The position numbers were made by a program, and so were the translations under genes. A DNA stretch of 63,666 bases, counting the filler, from Lenisia limosa (Eukaryota; Protista; Breviatea): assembly GCA_001655205.1 (NCBI GenBank). It is 15 parts of 15 records of this genome, joined end to end, with 100 filler letters (N's around TTAATTAATTAA, not from the genome) between each part and the next. Parts side by side here need not be neighbours in the genome. Positions count along the whole stretch, not along the records: positions 19,564 to 28,178 come from LPNZ01006664.1; positions 28,279 to 34,120 come from LPNZ01001279.1; positions 34,221 to 35,504 come from LPNZ01003837.1; positions 35,605 to 36,933 come from LPNZ01000862.1; positions 37,034 to 40,910 come from LPNZ01001651.1; 10 more parts are not named here. The stretch is one strand, 5' to 3'. Shown here one piece after another: positions 25,172-37,315 of the stretch (its first letter is position 1; every line of letters starts with the position of its first letter). The notes under the pieces are model-generated. The model saw only the letters and a list, made by a program, of their open reading frames with translations. It ran no database searches and was not told the origin of the DNA.

Positions 25172-25898
25172 TTAAAAACCTTTTCTTGCTTCTGCATGTT
25201 TTCTCTTCGTTCCTGGATTTTCTTCAAAGAACTTAATTTCCTTTTCGGTAATTTGGTCACGATGTTCAGCAATCACTGCCCAAGACTCAGCAGTTTTCTC
25301 ACTTGAAATATTCTCCTTCTTAGCTGCTTGAATCATATTAATTAACTCTTGAGTATTCAATTGGCAAGAGTAGAGAGCGAATCTGGCAGGGGGTTCAACG
25401 GGGGTCATGAAAGCATCATCCGGATTGGGAAGGTGCTCTGCAAGTTTCCAAGGATCAATAGAAAAGCTGGGTTCGTCCGACATGGGAACAACGATGGATG
25501 AACGGTCAAACGCCTTTTTGATCTTGCGTTGAGTCGTAGAGACTGCCAATCCTTCCAAACATGCGAGAATGGCACAACAGCGGTTAGCAGCAGCATTGGA
25601 GATGTCATCAGATTGATACTCCCGAAGGAGTGAACTGTACTTCTGGTGAAGAACGGTCTTAAGAACACCAAATGTGACAAGATCGAGGGGCTGGGTGCAC
25701 TGAGAAGTGTGGGAAGGGAAGGTGGAGGATGATATGATTGTCCAAGATATACTGGAGTGCAAGAGGTGCGTATCGGGAAGTGTGTCCATCAACAATGAAG
25801 AGAGCCCAAGTCGCCGGGTCAAGGTTCAACTGCGCTCTATCCTGGATGATCTTGGGAACCAACACTGAAAAGACGTATTCTGTGAAAGTATCAACATT
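25172..25898 (-). pseudogene. pogo/Tigger-type DDE_1 transposase, frameshifted
   Basis: NVDTFTEYVFSVLVP..WALFIVDGHTSRY..LDNHIIL / TFPSHTSQCTQPLDLVTFGVLK matches the DDE_1 motifs LxxDGHxSH and LPPHTSHxLQPLD. The frame changes near 25724. Confidence 0.85.
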
Positions 25899-26926
25899 CT
25901 GAAAGATTAATATTAAAGGTTTAGTAGTCCCATCTTTTCTTCCACCAATTTGTCCACTCTATTATGACACTACAACTCTCCAGACAAGTGATGAATGTGA
26001 CATAGTTCTCATGATGTCTTGTGCACGAGGTAAAGAGTAACAGCTAGGCCACAATATGTCTGCTATAAGGGTAGTCGTCAAATATATGTATGCTTCCGAC
26101 ACACTTTTTGAACAATTGCCCTCTTATAACGTGAACATCATTTAAAAACATTGGAAATGTAAAATAATAACCAAATGTAAAATTTCACACAAATTCGAAT
26201 TTGGCACCTAGGGCCAGCATCATGTGATTTATAAAGTTAGACGAATGTATTGCAAATGACATTGTGATGTTCTGTCACAAAGTTGATTCCGGTAAATTAT
26301 GTTCAAATAAGTCGAATAACTTCATTTGTTTATCTTTCATTTCAATATTGTCAAATCAGGGTGACTGAAACGAAATATTTAATAAAATATACTCAACAGG
26401 TCGATATCCCCAGATATAATATATTCTACTACCCCATGCCACCACCCCACCAAGGCACCCAAATTGAACCCAAAGCCCAACACAGGTTAAGGTCTATGTT
26501 GGAATTGGGGAATTGGGTGGTTGGGTGGAACTAACTGACTCACTGAACTAGGATGGCTTCCCTGCCACTTCTCTTTCAATTATTAAATTTTGTTTTGCTT
26601 TCATTGGCATGTGTAATGGCCTGGACACCTGGTCTTAAGATTTGTAAGGTTGATCACTCCTGCCTTCCTAATGTTGGGTTATTTTTTTTTTTTTTTGATT
26701 TTAATATAGACAAGCTTCAAGAAAGAAAACAGCTCATTTGAGCGTCTTAATGCACCATTCACGGTTTTTTTTTTTCAAAGTTCATATTTTTAGTACCACT
26801 CACCCAAGCCTGAAATCATCCCTCCATCACACCCTGTACTATCACCCAATGCTTCTGTTTTATTGAATGCTGAAAACTCTGGGTTGGTACCATTTCCTTC
26901 TTTTATCTTCCAGCCTGTGGTTTCAG

Positions 26927-27141
26927 ATGGCCACTAATGAGAGTGACCCTGCCTACCTTTATAGTGCTACACTTTATCAAGCATGTTATGAGGGCAAGCT
27001 CAAAACATCTCAGGACTTAGTGTTAATTGGAGCGTTGGTGTCCTTTAGGCCTCATTTTGTAGCGAATTGACATTTCAAACAGATTCTGACGGGACATCAC
27101 ATCTTCACGCTGCGGCCTTCCATGGACATTTTGAAACTGTC
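26927..27141 (+). CDS. Ankyrin-repeat protein fragment
   Basis: LYQACYEGKLKTSQDLVLIG and DSDGTSHLHAAAFHGHFETV fit the ankyrin consensus GxTPLHxAAxxGHxEVV. Confidence 0.65.
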
Positions 27142-28493
27142 CGTTGGTTACTGCAGTCTGGTGGTATGAAGATGGGGGGGAGCTCGCATACCAATCGAGA
27201 ATTTGGCAACTAGTTGGTGGTTCAGACAGTATAGAGGCTTTCTACAATGGTAATCAAAACAAACTCCTTTCTGATATCAGTGTATGAGCAAATCAAATTT
27301 TGAAAATTGCAATTATGAGTGCAGTTTTTGATCGTTGAAAATTTCACCAATGAAACATTACTCTAATGATACACTTTTTATGAACTATGGACCGAGGGCA
27401 TAATGGCCTAAAATGGCTGCATTTTGCTGTTGCCAATTTACTATTGCAATTGCAGCAGTATTTAAATAGCAGAAAATGATCATAAAAAAAAAACAATAAG
27501 AGTACAATGACAAGGTTTTCAGATGTTTTTTTTTTAAAAAAAAATTATACTGTTTTAATCTGGTATTTTTAATAAAACAAAAATGATTGAAAAATAAAAT
27601 ATACCTAGGGGTACTACTCAGTAAACCGGGTGACCTCAGCTCAGTTCAATTTGCGTTTGATTCCTTTTTTTGTTGCTTCTTCTGCTTTTGGCTATAATTA
27701 GATTTTAAATAAACACTGCTCTCAAAAGCGAGAATTGAAGGATTTTGGATGTTGATCAGTAAAATGTTGCTGATTTGTTAGAGCTTCTGTCGGGCTTTTT
27801 GACTCAATTAGGTTGCCTACTGACATAAATAAGGAGTGGTTTGTCTAACTTCCGACACCATGAACTCTGCCTTCTCTACTCTTCGCGCAAGCTGCTGGGA
27901 AGCTCTCTAAGCTGTATTTAAGTCTACGCGAAGCAAAATCGATAGATTTTGAAAGCTGTTCAACAACCTGATGAAGTATGTTAATAATGCCTCTGACCTT
28001 CTAAACCACACTCAAACAATAGCTACAATATAACATAAGAGTAACGTCAAATACAAAATTGGTCTCTTCCTTTACACGAGTAGTCTGGGTTTCACATTCC
28101 TTACAAACACCTAGAAAATGTATTGGATAAGGGAATAATTGGATTGTTGATGAAAGAGGGTGGGGGTAATATAGGGTGNNNNNNNNNNNNNNNNNNNNNN
28201 NNNNNNNNNNNNNNNNNNNNNNTTAATTAATTAANNNNNNNNNNNNNNNNNNNNNNNNNNNNNNNNNNNNNNNNNNNNGGGATACTTTTCCTGATACGCT
28301 GTCATAGTATCAACCTGTGCTGTTATAACATATTGTAAAGAGGGGGAGGTATTAGCCTTCATTTATCTAAAGTAAAGAAAAATTCAACGTCACTTACAGT
28401 TCAAAACAAAATGAGTTTTTTGAAACTTCATTCTTCTGTGAACCGAAAATGAATTTATAAGAGTATTATGCAACGTTACCTATACTATATGTA

Positions 28494-28568
28494 CAGTGAC
28501 CGCAATAAGTCCTGACACAGGTATTGAGCTTAGTCTGTGTCAACCGTGTCAGGACATATCGCAGTCAG
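28494..28568. mobile_element. Tc1/pogo-type MITE (CAGTGACCG family, divergent subfamily)
   Basis: TA|CAGTGACCGCAATAAGTCCTGACAC..GTGTCAGGACATATCGCAGTCAG|TA. Confidence 0.75.
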
Positions 28569-29935
28569 TATGCTTTATCGCAAAATAAGAAAAGTACTGT
28601 ACATTTATGATGTCTGTCACGCAGGGTGATCTCAATTATTTGTATACAGAAATGAGAAATAAAATGAAGCGTCTCACCTCCATATATATTAGATGCGTCT
28701 AGTATGATATACACAAATAATAAACAATTAGATGAGTTTATTAGTATATGCATATCAGATAGATATTTGGGTATAGTATTAGTAATATAAATATATTTAT
28801 ATACATATAATATATCATATCATATTGATGACACCAACAAAACAGTCCCCACTGTTCTTTGGAATTCAGCCATGTCCTTTGGAAACGCTAAAGTAAACCT
28901 CCTCCTGGAATGTGAGATGGGCCTTTTTAGTGCAATAATGCTCATATGTTAATGTTAGCATTTATCATATATGATGCGAAATAAACTGTTCAAACAGGAG
29001 CGATTCACACAAGCCTTGAATATATGCGTAAAATCAGAATACAGAGCCAAACTCCCAACCTACCCAGAACTGTCTACAATGGGAGGCATCTGTTGGAAGA
29101 ATGTCAAAAGAACTGCAGCAAAACCTGCCAGAAGGAACGCCAAAATGACTCCATCAACAACCAGCGAGCGGCTTGGCTTCTCTTCCGAGCTGAAGTGATG
29201 AGTTACTGCTAAATGGCACTACTCTAATATTAGTCTTATCAAATATTGATTCGCCATAGTGTTTGAAAGTATTTCTAGCTGTTCACCCAGGAAAAAGATA
29301 TCGATGATTTATCGAGAACTGCAGTCATTTTCTGGATTGGAGTGGAGCCCTATTCTAAACAGTATCATATCATCGAGAGGATCTCCCTGGGCCAAGACCG
29401 GGCCAACCTTGCTGATAATCCTCCTATCGGGGGTATGGTGGTCTGGCTCTCTTTCAAGTTCTTTGTCATTGTGGAACGAAAAAATCAAAACACTAGTCTG
29501 TCATGATAAGAATGAAGACTGCCTTGTCGTAGGGATCAGAAATGGAATGCCAAAAGAAAGACTGATGACCAATATGTGGGTTCAAGAGTAAGAGACCTAC
29601 CTCCAAGTTAATCTCTTTTTTTATATATGTTGACTCCTTTGAACCGTAGGCGAGATGGTGGGGTAACTTAGAGAACAAAATTTACTACTCTAGAAATTTA
29701 AGAAGCTTGGTACTTCTTTAAGTTAGTCTATACGCTAGGTGTTGTTATCCCTAATATAAGTAGGGCAACCTTTGGGCAACCTAACAACCTTTTTGTCCAA
29801 TTTATAGCATATATTGGATGTTAACATCCCCATGGTTTATTAATATAAAAGTAATTTTGAAACTTGAAAAATCAAAAGAAATTGAGGAACTTTACGGTAT
29901 TGAATAACTTAACGGGTATTGTGAAGCTAATCCAG

Positions 29936-32900
29936 GCATTTACTTGGAAGAAAAGGGAAACCGTTTGTCGATCTTTTACGATGGGACGCACCACTCCCGT
30001 TCCTGGCGAGTGGCAGCGCCATCCTTTTGAAGAAAATGCAGAACAGAACAGGAACTACAGCCTTCGTACCGACGATATTGGTTTGTTTCTCTGAAGTTCG
30101 TTGTTATTTGTAGCTGAAGTCTCTCACCTGGCTCTCCTTTCTCAAAATGATATTATGTTCAATTGTATTTATCTTTTGTAGAAGGAGCACGACCGAACTA
30201 CCATAGGCGCTTCGCAACAAGTATGAGGGCCCATTCTTGGTTCACATCAAACTACCATTTTCTCTCCGCGCCCCCTGATTTAAAAAGTGATTGCATGGGT
30301 GATTATCATAAAAAAAATCAGCTTTTTATGTTGCTTTTTATGAGGATTAGGTGTCAGGAGAAAGGGAACAATTTTACTAGGTATATCCCTTCAAGGGCTA
30401 ATGACAGATTAACAAGTCAATGTCAACCAAGTTCAATCATTAACCTGATCATTTTAAGTGAAACGAAGTGTTTTGAATGAGGGACTTCGTCTCACCCTCC
30501 CCCCCCCCCCNNNNNNNNNNNNNNNNNNNNNNNNNNNNNNNNNNNNNNNNNNNNNNNNNNNNNNNNNNNNNNNNNNNNNNNNNNNNNNNNNNNNNNNNNN
30601 NNNNNATTAAAGGCTCTGGTGTTATTTTTGTGTTTATTATTCCTATGTTTTCTTTGGTTTCCTTTGATTAAATTATCTTATTCTCGAAAATGTTTTAGGC
30701 TTTCAATAGTATCCAAAGACCGAAAACATCAATACATAGTCATACATTACGATATTTCTCAGGTCATGCCTTGGTACTTGTGAAACTCACAGCCTAGCTC
30801 GCTGTACGGACCCTAATAATCCTGTCTATACCTTACCCGAAATCGAAGTGAAGGAGTCGCCAATGCTTCCCCAGAGGAGGGTCACAAACTTGGTATGCAC
30901 TGGCCTTTCCTTTTCCACGTGGATTCCTTCGATTCTTTTTTGAACAATTTCACATTCTGGGGAAGGGGGGGAAATATATTTTATATTACACAATATACAT
31001 GTATAGTATCAAATATGTATGATATATCATCATAATATTTGGCAATGGTATTATAACGTATGAACCTATCTATGTAATACTAAATCATATGACATAGTAT
31101 ATCGACATAAGACTAAATCATGTAGTATATCGATAGGGTACTCTCCGTTTTCCTTCATTTCATTTCATTTCCTTCAAAACTCTGATGAACCCAGGTTGAT
31201 GATATTCCCGGGGCCCGGGCAAAGCCCCTCCCAACAAGTGCCCCTCGTGACGTCATGAAAACAATCCCAGTGGACACGTCATTTGCTAAGGTATAGCTTC
31301 GGGCAGCTGGGCTAAGGATCGTACTATGATCAAAGAGGTGCAGTTAAGGATCTTAGAGTTGCAGATCTAAATAATATTTATTTTCACTTCGTTCCCAAAG
31401 ATTGTGGAAATACATACTACGAATACTTATTGAGGAATTATCGACATTTATCGAGGATTTATCAAAACAATCCCTTTTGTTGGTGACTATTTAGACCCGG
31501 ATCAAGTCACGCACCACCCCCATGCACGACTCCATGGCTCCAATTGAGGCGGCGAAGGCGGGGGTAGGGGGGGTATTATTGAGGTGTAAGTAAGTAGGGC
31601 TTCACTTCGGTTCAAAAAAGACCGGTCAAGTATCGATAGTTTTCGAGGATTTATCAAGAAATTCAGTCTTTTTCGAAGGCAAAACATGCCATGGAATTAA
31701 TGAGAATCCTTCTCACTTACCATATCCTCCTTCCTTATACCTAGGGTTTCACTCGGTTCCCACATCCTTTCGCTTAGTGGTTCTCTGCTCCCATTTACTG
31801 TTTAGAAGTTGTCCCTCAGGACCACCGTGTCAGACCCCCTTGCTCCAGTGTACACCATTTATGGCGACGATCACGGTATGCAATCAGGACAGCAATTCCG
31901 CCGATCACTCCTCAAACAAGTCTTCCCCTGATAACTCCTCACTTTCAGAACTTCCAGAATGTATCTCCGTTCACCACTTATTTCTTCCCCATACAACAAC
32001 TCAAAACCCCCAGGACCGCCCGATGGTGCATCGTCGAAGCCTATGATCAAAGATGAGACGTTGGCACGCCCCATGCTCAGTCTCACCACCCACGACATCG
32101 AAGGTTTGCATAGTGCATTGTTGGTGTTTTGTTTTTTGTTTCGATTTTCCGAATTCAAAACCCCATCTGCTTTCTAAAGCTGCTTTAATCTTTTCCTTTA
32201 ATTATTAAACACATTCCATTTGTTTCATTAAGGCACATAGACAACCTTGACGTTCATTATTTGGGCTCTTCTATAATCTCTTATTCCCGTCTTTAATCAG
32301 GAGATAAACTGACATTTCCCGTTCACCAATCAACCTCATCTTCATCATTCAGGCTCCCATGCGGATGCGTCACTGGAAAAGTTCAGAAAGTTCGCTACAC
32401 GCAACACGAACAACACTCACGATATCAAGGGCGCACGGCCGAGGTGGGTTTCTTTTACCATGCTCAATTTAGAGTTCTTTATAAAAAAAAAACCTCTTAA
32501 TAAATCTCTTTATTGTCTTCTTTGTTTTGGGTTTCTTGATAATTATCTGCTTTTTTCAATCCAAAGGGAAGCTTGATTTCCTCCATTTGTTTGTTTCTGT
32601 TCACTCTTTGCTTAAATCCTATTATTTCCAGTATTTTTCTTGCTTTTGTATCTGATTGATCTCCTTTAGGAATTTTGAAAAGTTCCCAACAGAAGCACGT
32701 GAGGAAAGGGGGGGATAATGCATCATGCTCTGATATTATGTATTGTATTGTATATTCTCAAGAATTTTGCATGGTATACTATGCTATATGGTGGGATGAT
32801 TTCTTTTCTTTTTTTGTTTCAAAACAGTCAATCTAATCGGGTGGATACCTTTGGGTTGCTTTATTGTGATAATGGAGGCGATTGTGAGAGGAGAGGGTTT

Positions 32901-33191
32901 TCGTTTTTTGACACATTTTAATTGGGAGCTTTTACGATAAGTTTCCCTTGATGCAATGCTGCCGAAGCGACTGGCCTAGGCTTTGTTTGTTTTGCTGTTA
33001 TCAACCCCTGTGTGTTGTCATCCAACCGATTTGATTTGGGGGCTTTTTTTTTTGTTTCATAAATTGTCTAATTTTACTCTCCCCCCAGAAAATGATCTGA
33101 ATGAGCACAAGAGGCGATCTAAGATGACCTCAGACAGCCCCATCACACACAGTGCCACGGCGCCTGTCAAGCCGCGGTTGGTGGCTACCAA
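29936..33191 (+). CDS. Protein with DIxGA / TDPxxPVY repeats, multi-exon
   Basis: Phase-consistent splicing gives SLRTDDI|EGARPNYHRRFAT|TRCTDPNNPVYTLP..RRVTNL|VDDIPGARAKP, then VSDPLAPVYTIY, LSLTTHDIE|GSHADA, TNNTHDIKGARP, ENDLNEHKRRSK. Confidence 0.7.
31595..31677. mobile_element. hAT MITE family A, right end truncated
   Basis: TAGGGCTTCACTTCGGTTCAAAAAAGACCGG..tatcgatagttttcgaggatttatc..ttcagtctttttcgaa. Confidence 0.85.
32984..33086 (+). repeat. 3'-intron-end repeat family (copy 4)
   Basis: tttgctgttatcaacccctgtgtgttgtcatccaaccgatttgatttggggg..gtttcataaattgtctaattttactctcccccc, directly followed by AG (33087-33088) and the exon ENDLNEHK. Confidence 0.85.
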
Positions 33192-33201
33192 GTGTTATTA
33201 C

Positions 33202-33300
33202 TAGGGCTGCCCTGCGACCGTAAAAAGACTGAATTTCTCGATAAATCCTCGATAGTTATCGATATTTGAACGGGCATTTTCCGACCGTAAGGACGCCCTA
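33202..33300. mobile_element. hAT MITE family A, variant TIR
   Basis: TAGGGCTGCCCTGCGACC..CGACCGTAAGGACGCCCTA with the family-A core; TSD GTTATTAC/GTTGTGAC (6/8). Confidence 0.8.
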
Positions 33301-33386
33301 GTTGTGACTAAGGCCCTGCGGTCGGTAAAATATCCATGTTTATCATAAGGGATCCCCTCTGGAATAAGGAATACTACATCTGCTTT

Positions 33387-33470
33387 CCAATATCTCTTAT
33401 AAGCGGGATGGTGTGGACGGCTTTGGCCAGATATAAATTATTTCTTATTTCTCATTGCTGTCATATTATA
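33387..33470 (+). repeat. Family U repeat
   Basis: ccaatatctcttataagcgggatggtgtggacggctttggccagatataaatta..tttctcattgctgt. Confidence 0.85.
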
Positions 33471-33964
33471 TACCTGTCATGAAACCAATAACAATATAGC
33501 CACACACAGTCCCCCGCACCGTGGGCGAAACCCTCGTCAGAAATGGAGCACACAACGGGGAGGAAACATATTGAACCCCCACAGAAGGTAATAATTGGGA
33601 TTGATGAGTGTATCTCGAGATTTATCGGGGTTTTATCGAGGAAATTAGTGTCAATCTATTGTATTTTGACCATATCGTTTAGAACGCCGAAGATCCATCC
33701 ACAATATTTGATGATACGCAACCGCCGGTGTTTAGGTCCTGCAAGGGGACAAGGAAAATCGTGGTTGGTAGGGAACAAGGACAATCGTGTCTGGGGGAAA
33801 TCAATAAAATTGTTGATTGTACATAACAGCCACTTCCAAAACTCTCTGTATTGAGTTTTGGGAGGATACATTTTACTCCTGAACCCCCCAACACTCAAAC
33901 ACAGAATACATAATGCGCATATTTCTCGCCTAATATTTGATATAATTTTTTTTGTTTTGTTTCT

Positions 33965-34057
33965 TTCAACCATCGTGTGTTTTGTAAATATTTTGCCAAC
34001 AGAGTTGATTTTGGATTTTTTATTATTATTATTTTGCCAAAAATTCCATTCACTCCC
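33965..34057 (+). repeat. 3'-intron-end repeat family (copy 5, degenerate)
   Basis: ttcaaccatcgtgtgt..gccaacagagttgattttgga..aaattccattcactccc, then gaag|gcgcca opening the exon APSPDELKTWQNSQKMDTF. Confidence 0.65.
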
Positions 34058-35604
34058 GAAGGCGCCATCACCGGATGAGTTGAAAACATGGCAAAACAGC
34101 CAAAAAATGGACACCTTCCTNNNNNNNNNNNNNNNNNNNNNNNNNNNNNNNNNNNNNNNNNNNNTTAATTAATTAANNNNNNNNNNNNNNNNNNNNNNNN
34201 NNNNNNNNNNNNNNNNNNNNGGAGGGGTGTGGGTTTTTTTTCTTCTGAAAAAAGTAACCGTATTTTGGAGCTGTGCTGAGCAGAAAATTTGTGGCCTGGG
34301 AGGATCAGGAAAACAATTTCACCCTGTTTTTTAACCCAGGTATTTGTAAGGACGTGTGAGTAATGAGTTAATTTCCTTATTTATTTATTTGTTTTTTGAA
34401 AAAAAATAAAAAAAAAATGAAAAATTGTATTTTGTATTTTTGTATTTATTTTTTCGAAATCCCCTTTTAAGTATGACCAATGCTGGGATGTTATCATATC
34501 GAAGGTTCTCGATTGGAACGCAAGAAACAGGTAAATAACTTGGAACAATGGTTGACAAATGTAGAAATGATTATTTACGCTCTTGTGGTATACTTCGCTT
34601 TGCAGATTGTTTTAAATAAGGATAAGACGATGAAAGAAGTCTTAATGCTGTTACTTACCGCAATGTCCGACATTCTGAAAAAGTGTTTGGCAGAACATTT
34701 TAAGGAAGAATTGAGAAAATTATAAGTTGGTTGAAATGTATTGTCAAATCTTCCGGACATCAGGTGACATTGCCAGTTTATGAATATGGAAATAGGTCTT
34801 GGCTGATATAACCCCCCCCCTATTTAAAGNNNNNNNNNNNNNNNNNNNNNNNNNNNNNNNNNNNNNNNNNNNNNNNNNNNNNNNNNNNNNNNNNNNNNNN
34901 NNNNNNNNNNNNNNNNNNNNNNNNNNNNNNTACACACACATTTTTCAAAATCTATACTCCCCTGACAGTTCCTTTTCTTTACCTTTCTTGTCAAAAAATG
35001 GAGCGGCTCTTAAAAAAAAAATAAGTTGAAAAAGTAACCTTTTCTTTTTAATTTTGTTTTAATAAAAATACCACTTATTCAATAGTAATAAAAACATATG
35101 ATGACAGAATTACCAATNNNNNNNNNNNNNNNNNNNNNNNNNNNNNNNNNNNNNNNNNNNNNNNNNNNNNNNNNNNNNNNNNNNNNNNNNNNNNNNNNNN
35201 NNNNNNNNNNNNNNNNNNNNNNNNNNNNNNNNNNNNNNNNNNNNNNAGCCGTCTTATAAGAGATATTGGATTTAGTGTAATATTAATTCACCCAATCACA
35301 AATAAATACCGCCCACCTTTCTGCGAGGCTAACAAGTCGTTGGAGTTTACGGGTTGGATGCGGGAGAGGGCTTTGGCCTGTGATCGGGACTGTTTCATTT
35401 CAAACTCCTCGTCACTGTTCAGCGACTGAGGAGAATAAAAATGGTAGTTTTTTTTGGCGAAATTGGGAAATGTATTAAACAGAAATGAAGGATTTTTTTG
35501 GCACNNNNNNNNNNNNNNNNNNNNNNNNNNNNNNNNNNNNNNNNNNNNTTAATTAATTAANNNNNNNNNNNNNNNNNNNNNNNNNNNNNNNNNNNNNNNN
35601 NNNN

Positions 35605-36845
35605 TCAAGATCCATGTTGATGTTCATGGTCAGCATCTGACCCATGGAGATGGCAACGCGGAAGGAGATGAGCTTGGAGCCGACAACGTAGATGTTAACC
35701 TTGAACATGTCAAAAAACAACAACAAAAAAAAAGAGATTAGGACTAAATAATGAGCATGCGGAAATTCCAAAAGCACGTCAAAAGAACAACAAGAGCATA
35801 GTATTTAATTAATGGTATCCCTTTTATTTGTTCCCCTAGATTTCTAATCTAGTATTTTTCTTGTTCAAAAAAACAACTAAGATGTTAACCTACAGCACAT
35901 CAAAAGAACAACGTGTATGTATATTGTATATCGATATTTAATAATTAGTATATGATAGTAATACATTTCATACAAACACCACAGCACGCTTTATGTCACA
36001 TAAAGCCGGATTCCAACGAGGAAACCCAGTTCTAGGGAGCATTAAAACAGTTCAGCTAGATATTATTGATAAATTAAGGTATGCGAGCATCCCCCCGTTA
36101 GATATTGATGGTATTAAATTGGCCAACCTTAAGAGCAGGCATGCCGTCGTCACCGCGGCGGCGGCCAAAGTCCGTGGGGCCTCTCATGAGGTCGAGAGAG
36201 TACTTCATGGCCTTAATAGTCTTCTTGCCGTCACCGGGGGTGCGGATCTCCACGTCTTCCTGGGGGGGGGGGTTAAAATTGGGAGTTTATGGAAAAGGGG
36301 GATAGGAAATTATTAACAAAGAACGTTCTTTGGTGTTCCTTGATATGTTGTCGACTTCCGTATTAAACTAATTTTCCAAGGTGTGGCTCTTGTGAATTTG
36401 CTCACACAGGGGGGTCAAGTTCCGTCGCGTTAATCAAACAAAAAAAACACGAGTGTCCCACCTCAACAGGGTCAGCGACGCCGCGAGGGATGAAGAGGGG
36501 GTCCATGGTGGCCGCAAGAGGCTCACAGGTGCATTCCTAAACCGTGAGATTTCTTGAGAGCTAGTTGTCAAATAATGCAGATATTTACTGTACACTACGG
36601 CGCATCGACTTGGATTCCCTTATATTTTGAGAATCCCATAAATTTCTTCGGATTTTCACAAAAAATCCAATGCGCTGTGGTGTTGGGTGATGGAGTTTGC
36701 TATACACCTCTTAGTTGGCTAGGGAATAAAAGCAGCCCAGCATACCACTTTGTTGGTCTCAGGGTTGGTGCCCCAGGTGAAGTTCTTGGCCTGGTCGTAA
36801 CGGAGAATGTTCGTGCCGTCACCGAAGAGATCAACGTCCATCATG
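35605..36845 (-). CDS. Ependymin-related (EPDR-like) protein, internal exons
   Basis: Four in-frame exons: MMDVDLFGDGTNILRYDQAKNFTWGTNPETNK|ECTCEPLAATMDPLFIPRGVADPVE|EDVEIRTPGDGKKTIKAMKYSLDLMRG..PALK|VNIYVVGSKLISFRVAISMGQMLTMNINMDL. The K-C-x4-L-x4-DPL-x-IP pattern recalls EPDR1 (KQCSKMTLTQPWDPLDIP). Confidence 0.55.
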
Positions 36846-37033
36846 CTGTGGGGTCAAAAGTAAAAAAGGAAGAAACTGTCCACACCACTCTTATAAGAGA
36901 TATTGGATTACAGTATAATATAGGAAGAGATCGNNNNNNNNNNNNNNNNNNNNNNNNNNNNNNNNNNNNNNNNNNNNTTAATTAATTAANNNNNNNNNNN
37001 NNNNNNNNNNNNNNNNNNNNNNNNNNNNNNNNN

Positions 37034-37097
37034 AGTCAGCCAACAGAGTTGATTTGGGGTTTTTTATTTATCAATTTTCCAGTTTTACTCCCCCCCC
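37034..37097 (+). repeat. 3'-intron-end repeat family (copy 6)
   Basis: cagccaacagagttgatttggggt..tcaattttccagttttactcccccccc, then about 28 nt to an AG (37124-37125). Confidence 0.85.
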
Positions 37098-37315
37098 AAT
37101 ATTGACCATATTCCCCTTACCCTAGGACCCCACTGTGCTTTTATATTGCACAGTGTGGTCATGAATTTTTGATGCAATCTTTGCTGTATAAATGCTTGTT
37201 GGAGTTGACAACTTCAGCTCTTCTGTTTTCATAATATAAATCGCTAGGTGTTCATGCAAAACTGTTGATACTAACAATCAGATGATGCTCATCTAAAATT
37301 CTTACAACACCAGAT

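Noticed and set aside
28971-29212. Cys-rich ORFs (HLLEECQKNCSKTCQKER) as a retroelement zinc knuckle
   Set aside because: Opposite strand to the putative RT remnant and lacking a proper CCHC spacing.
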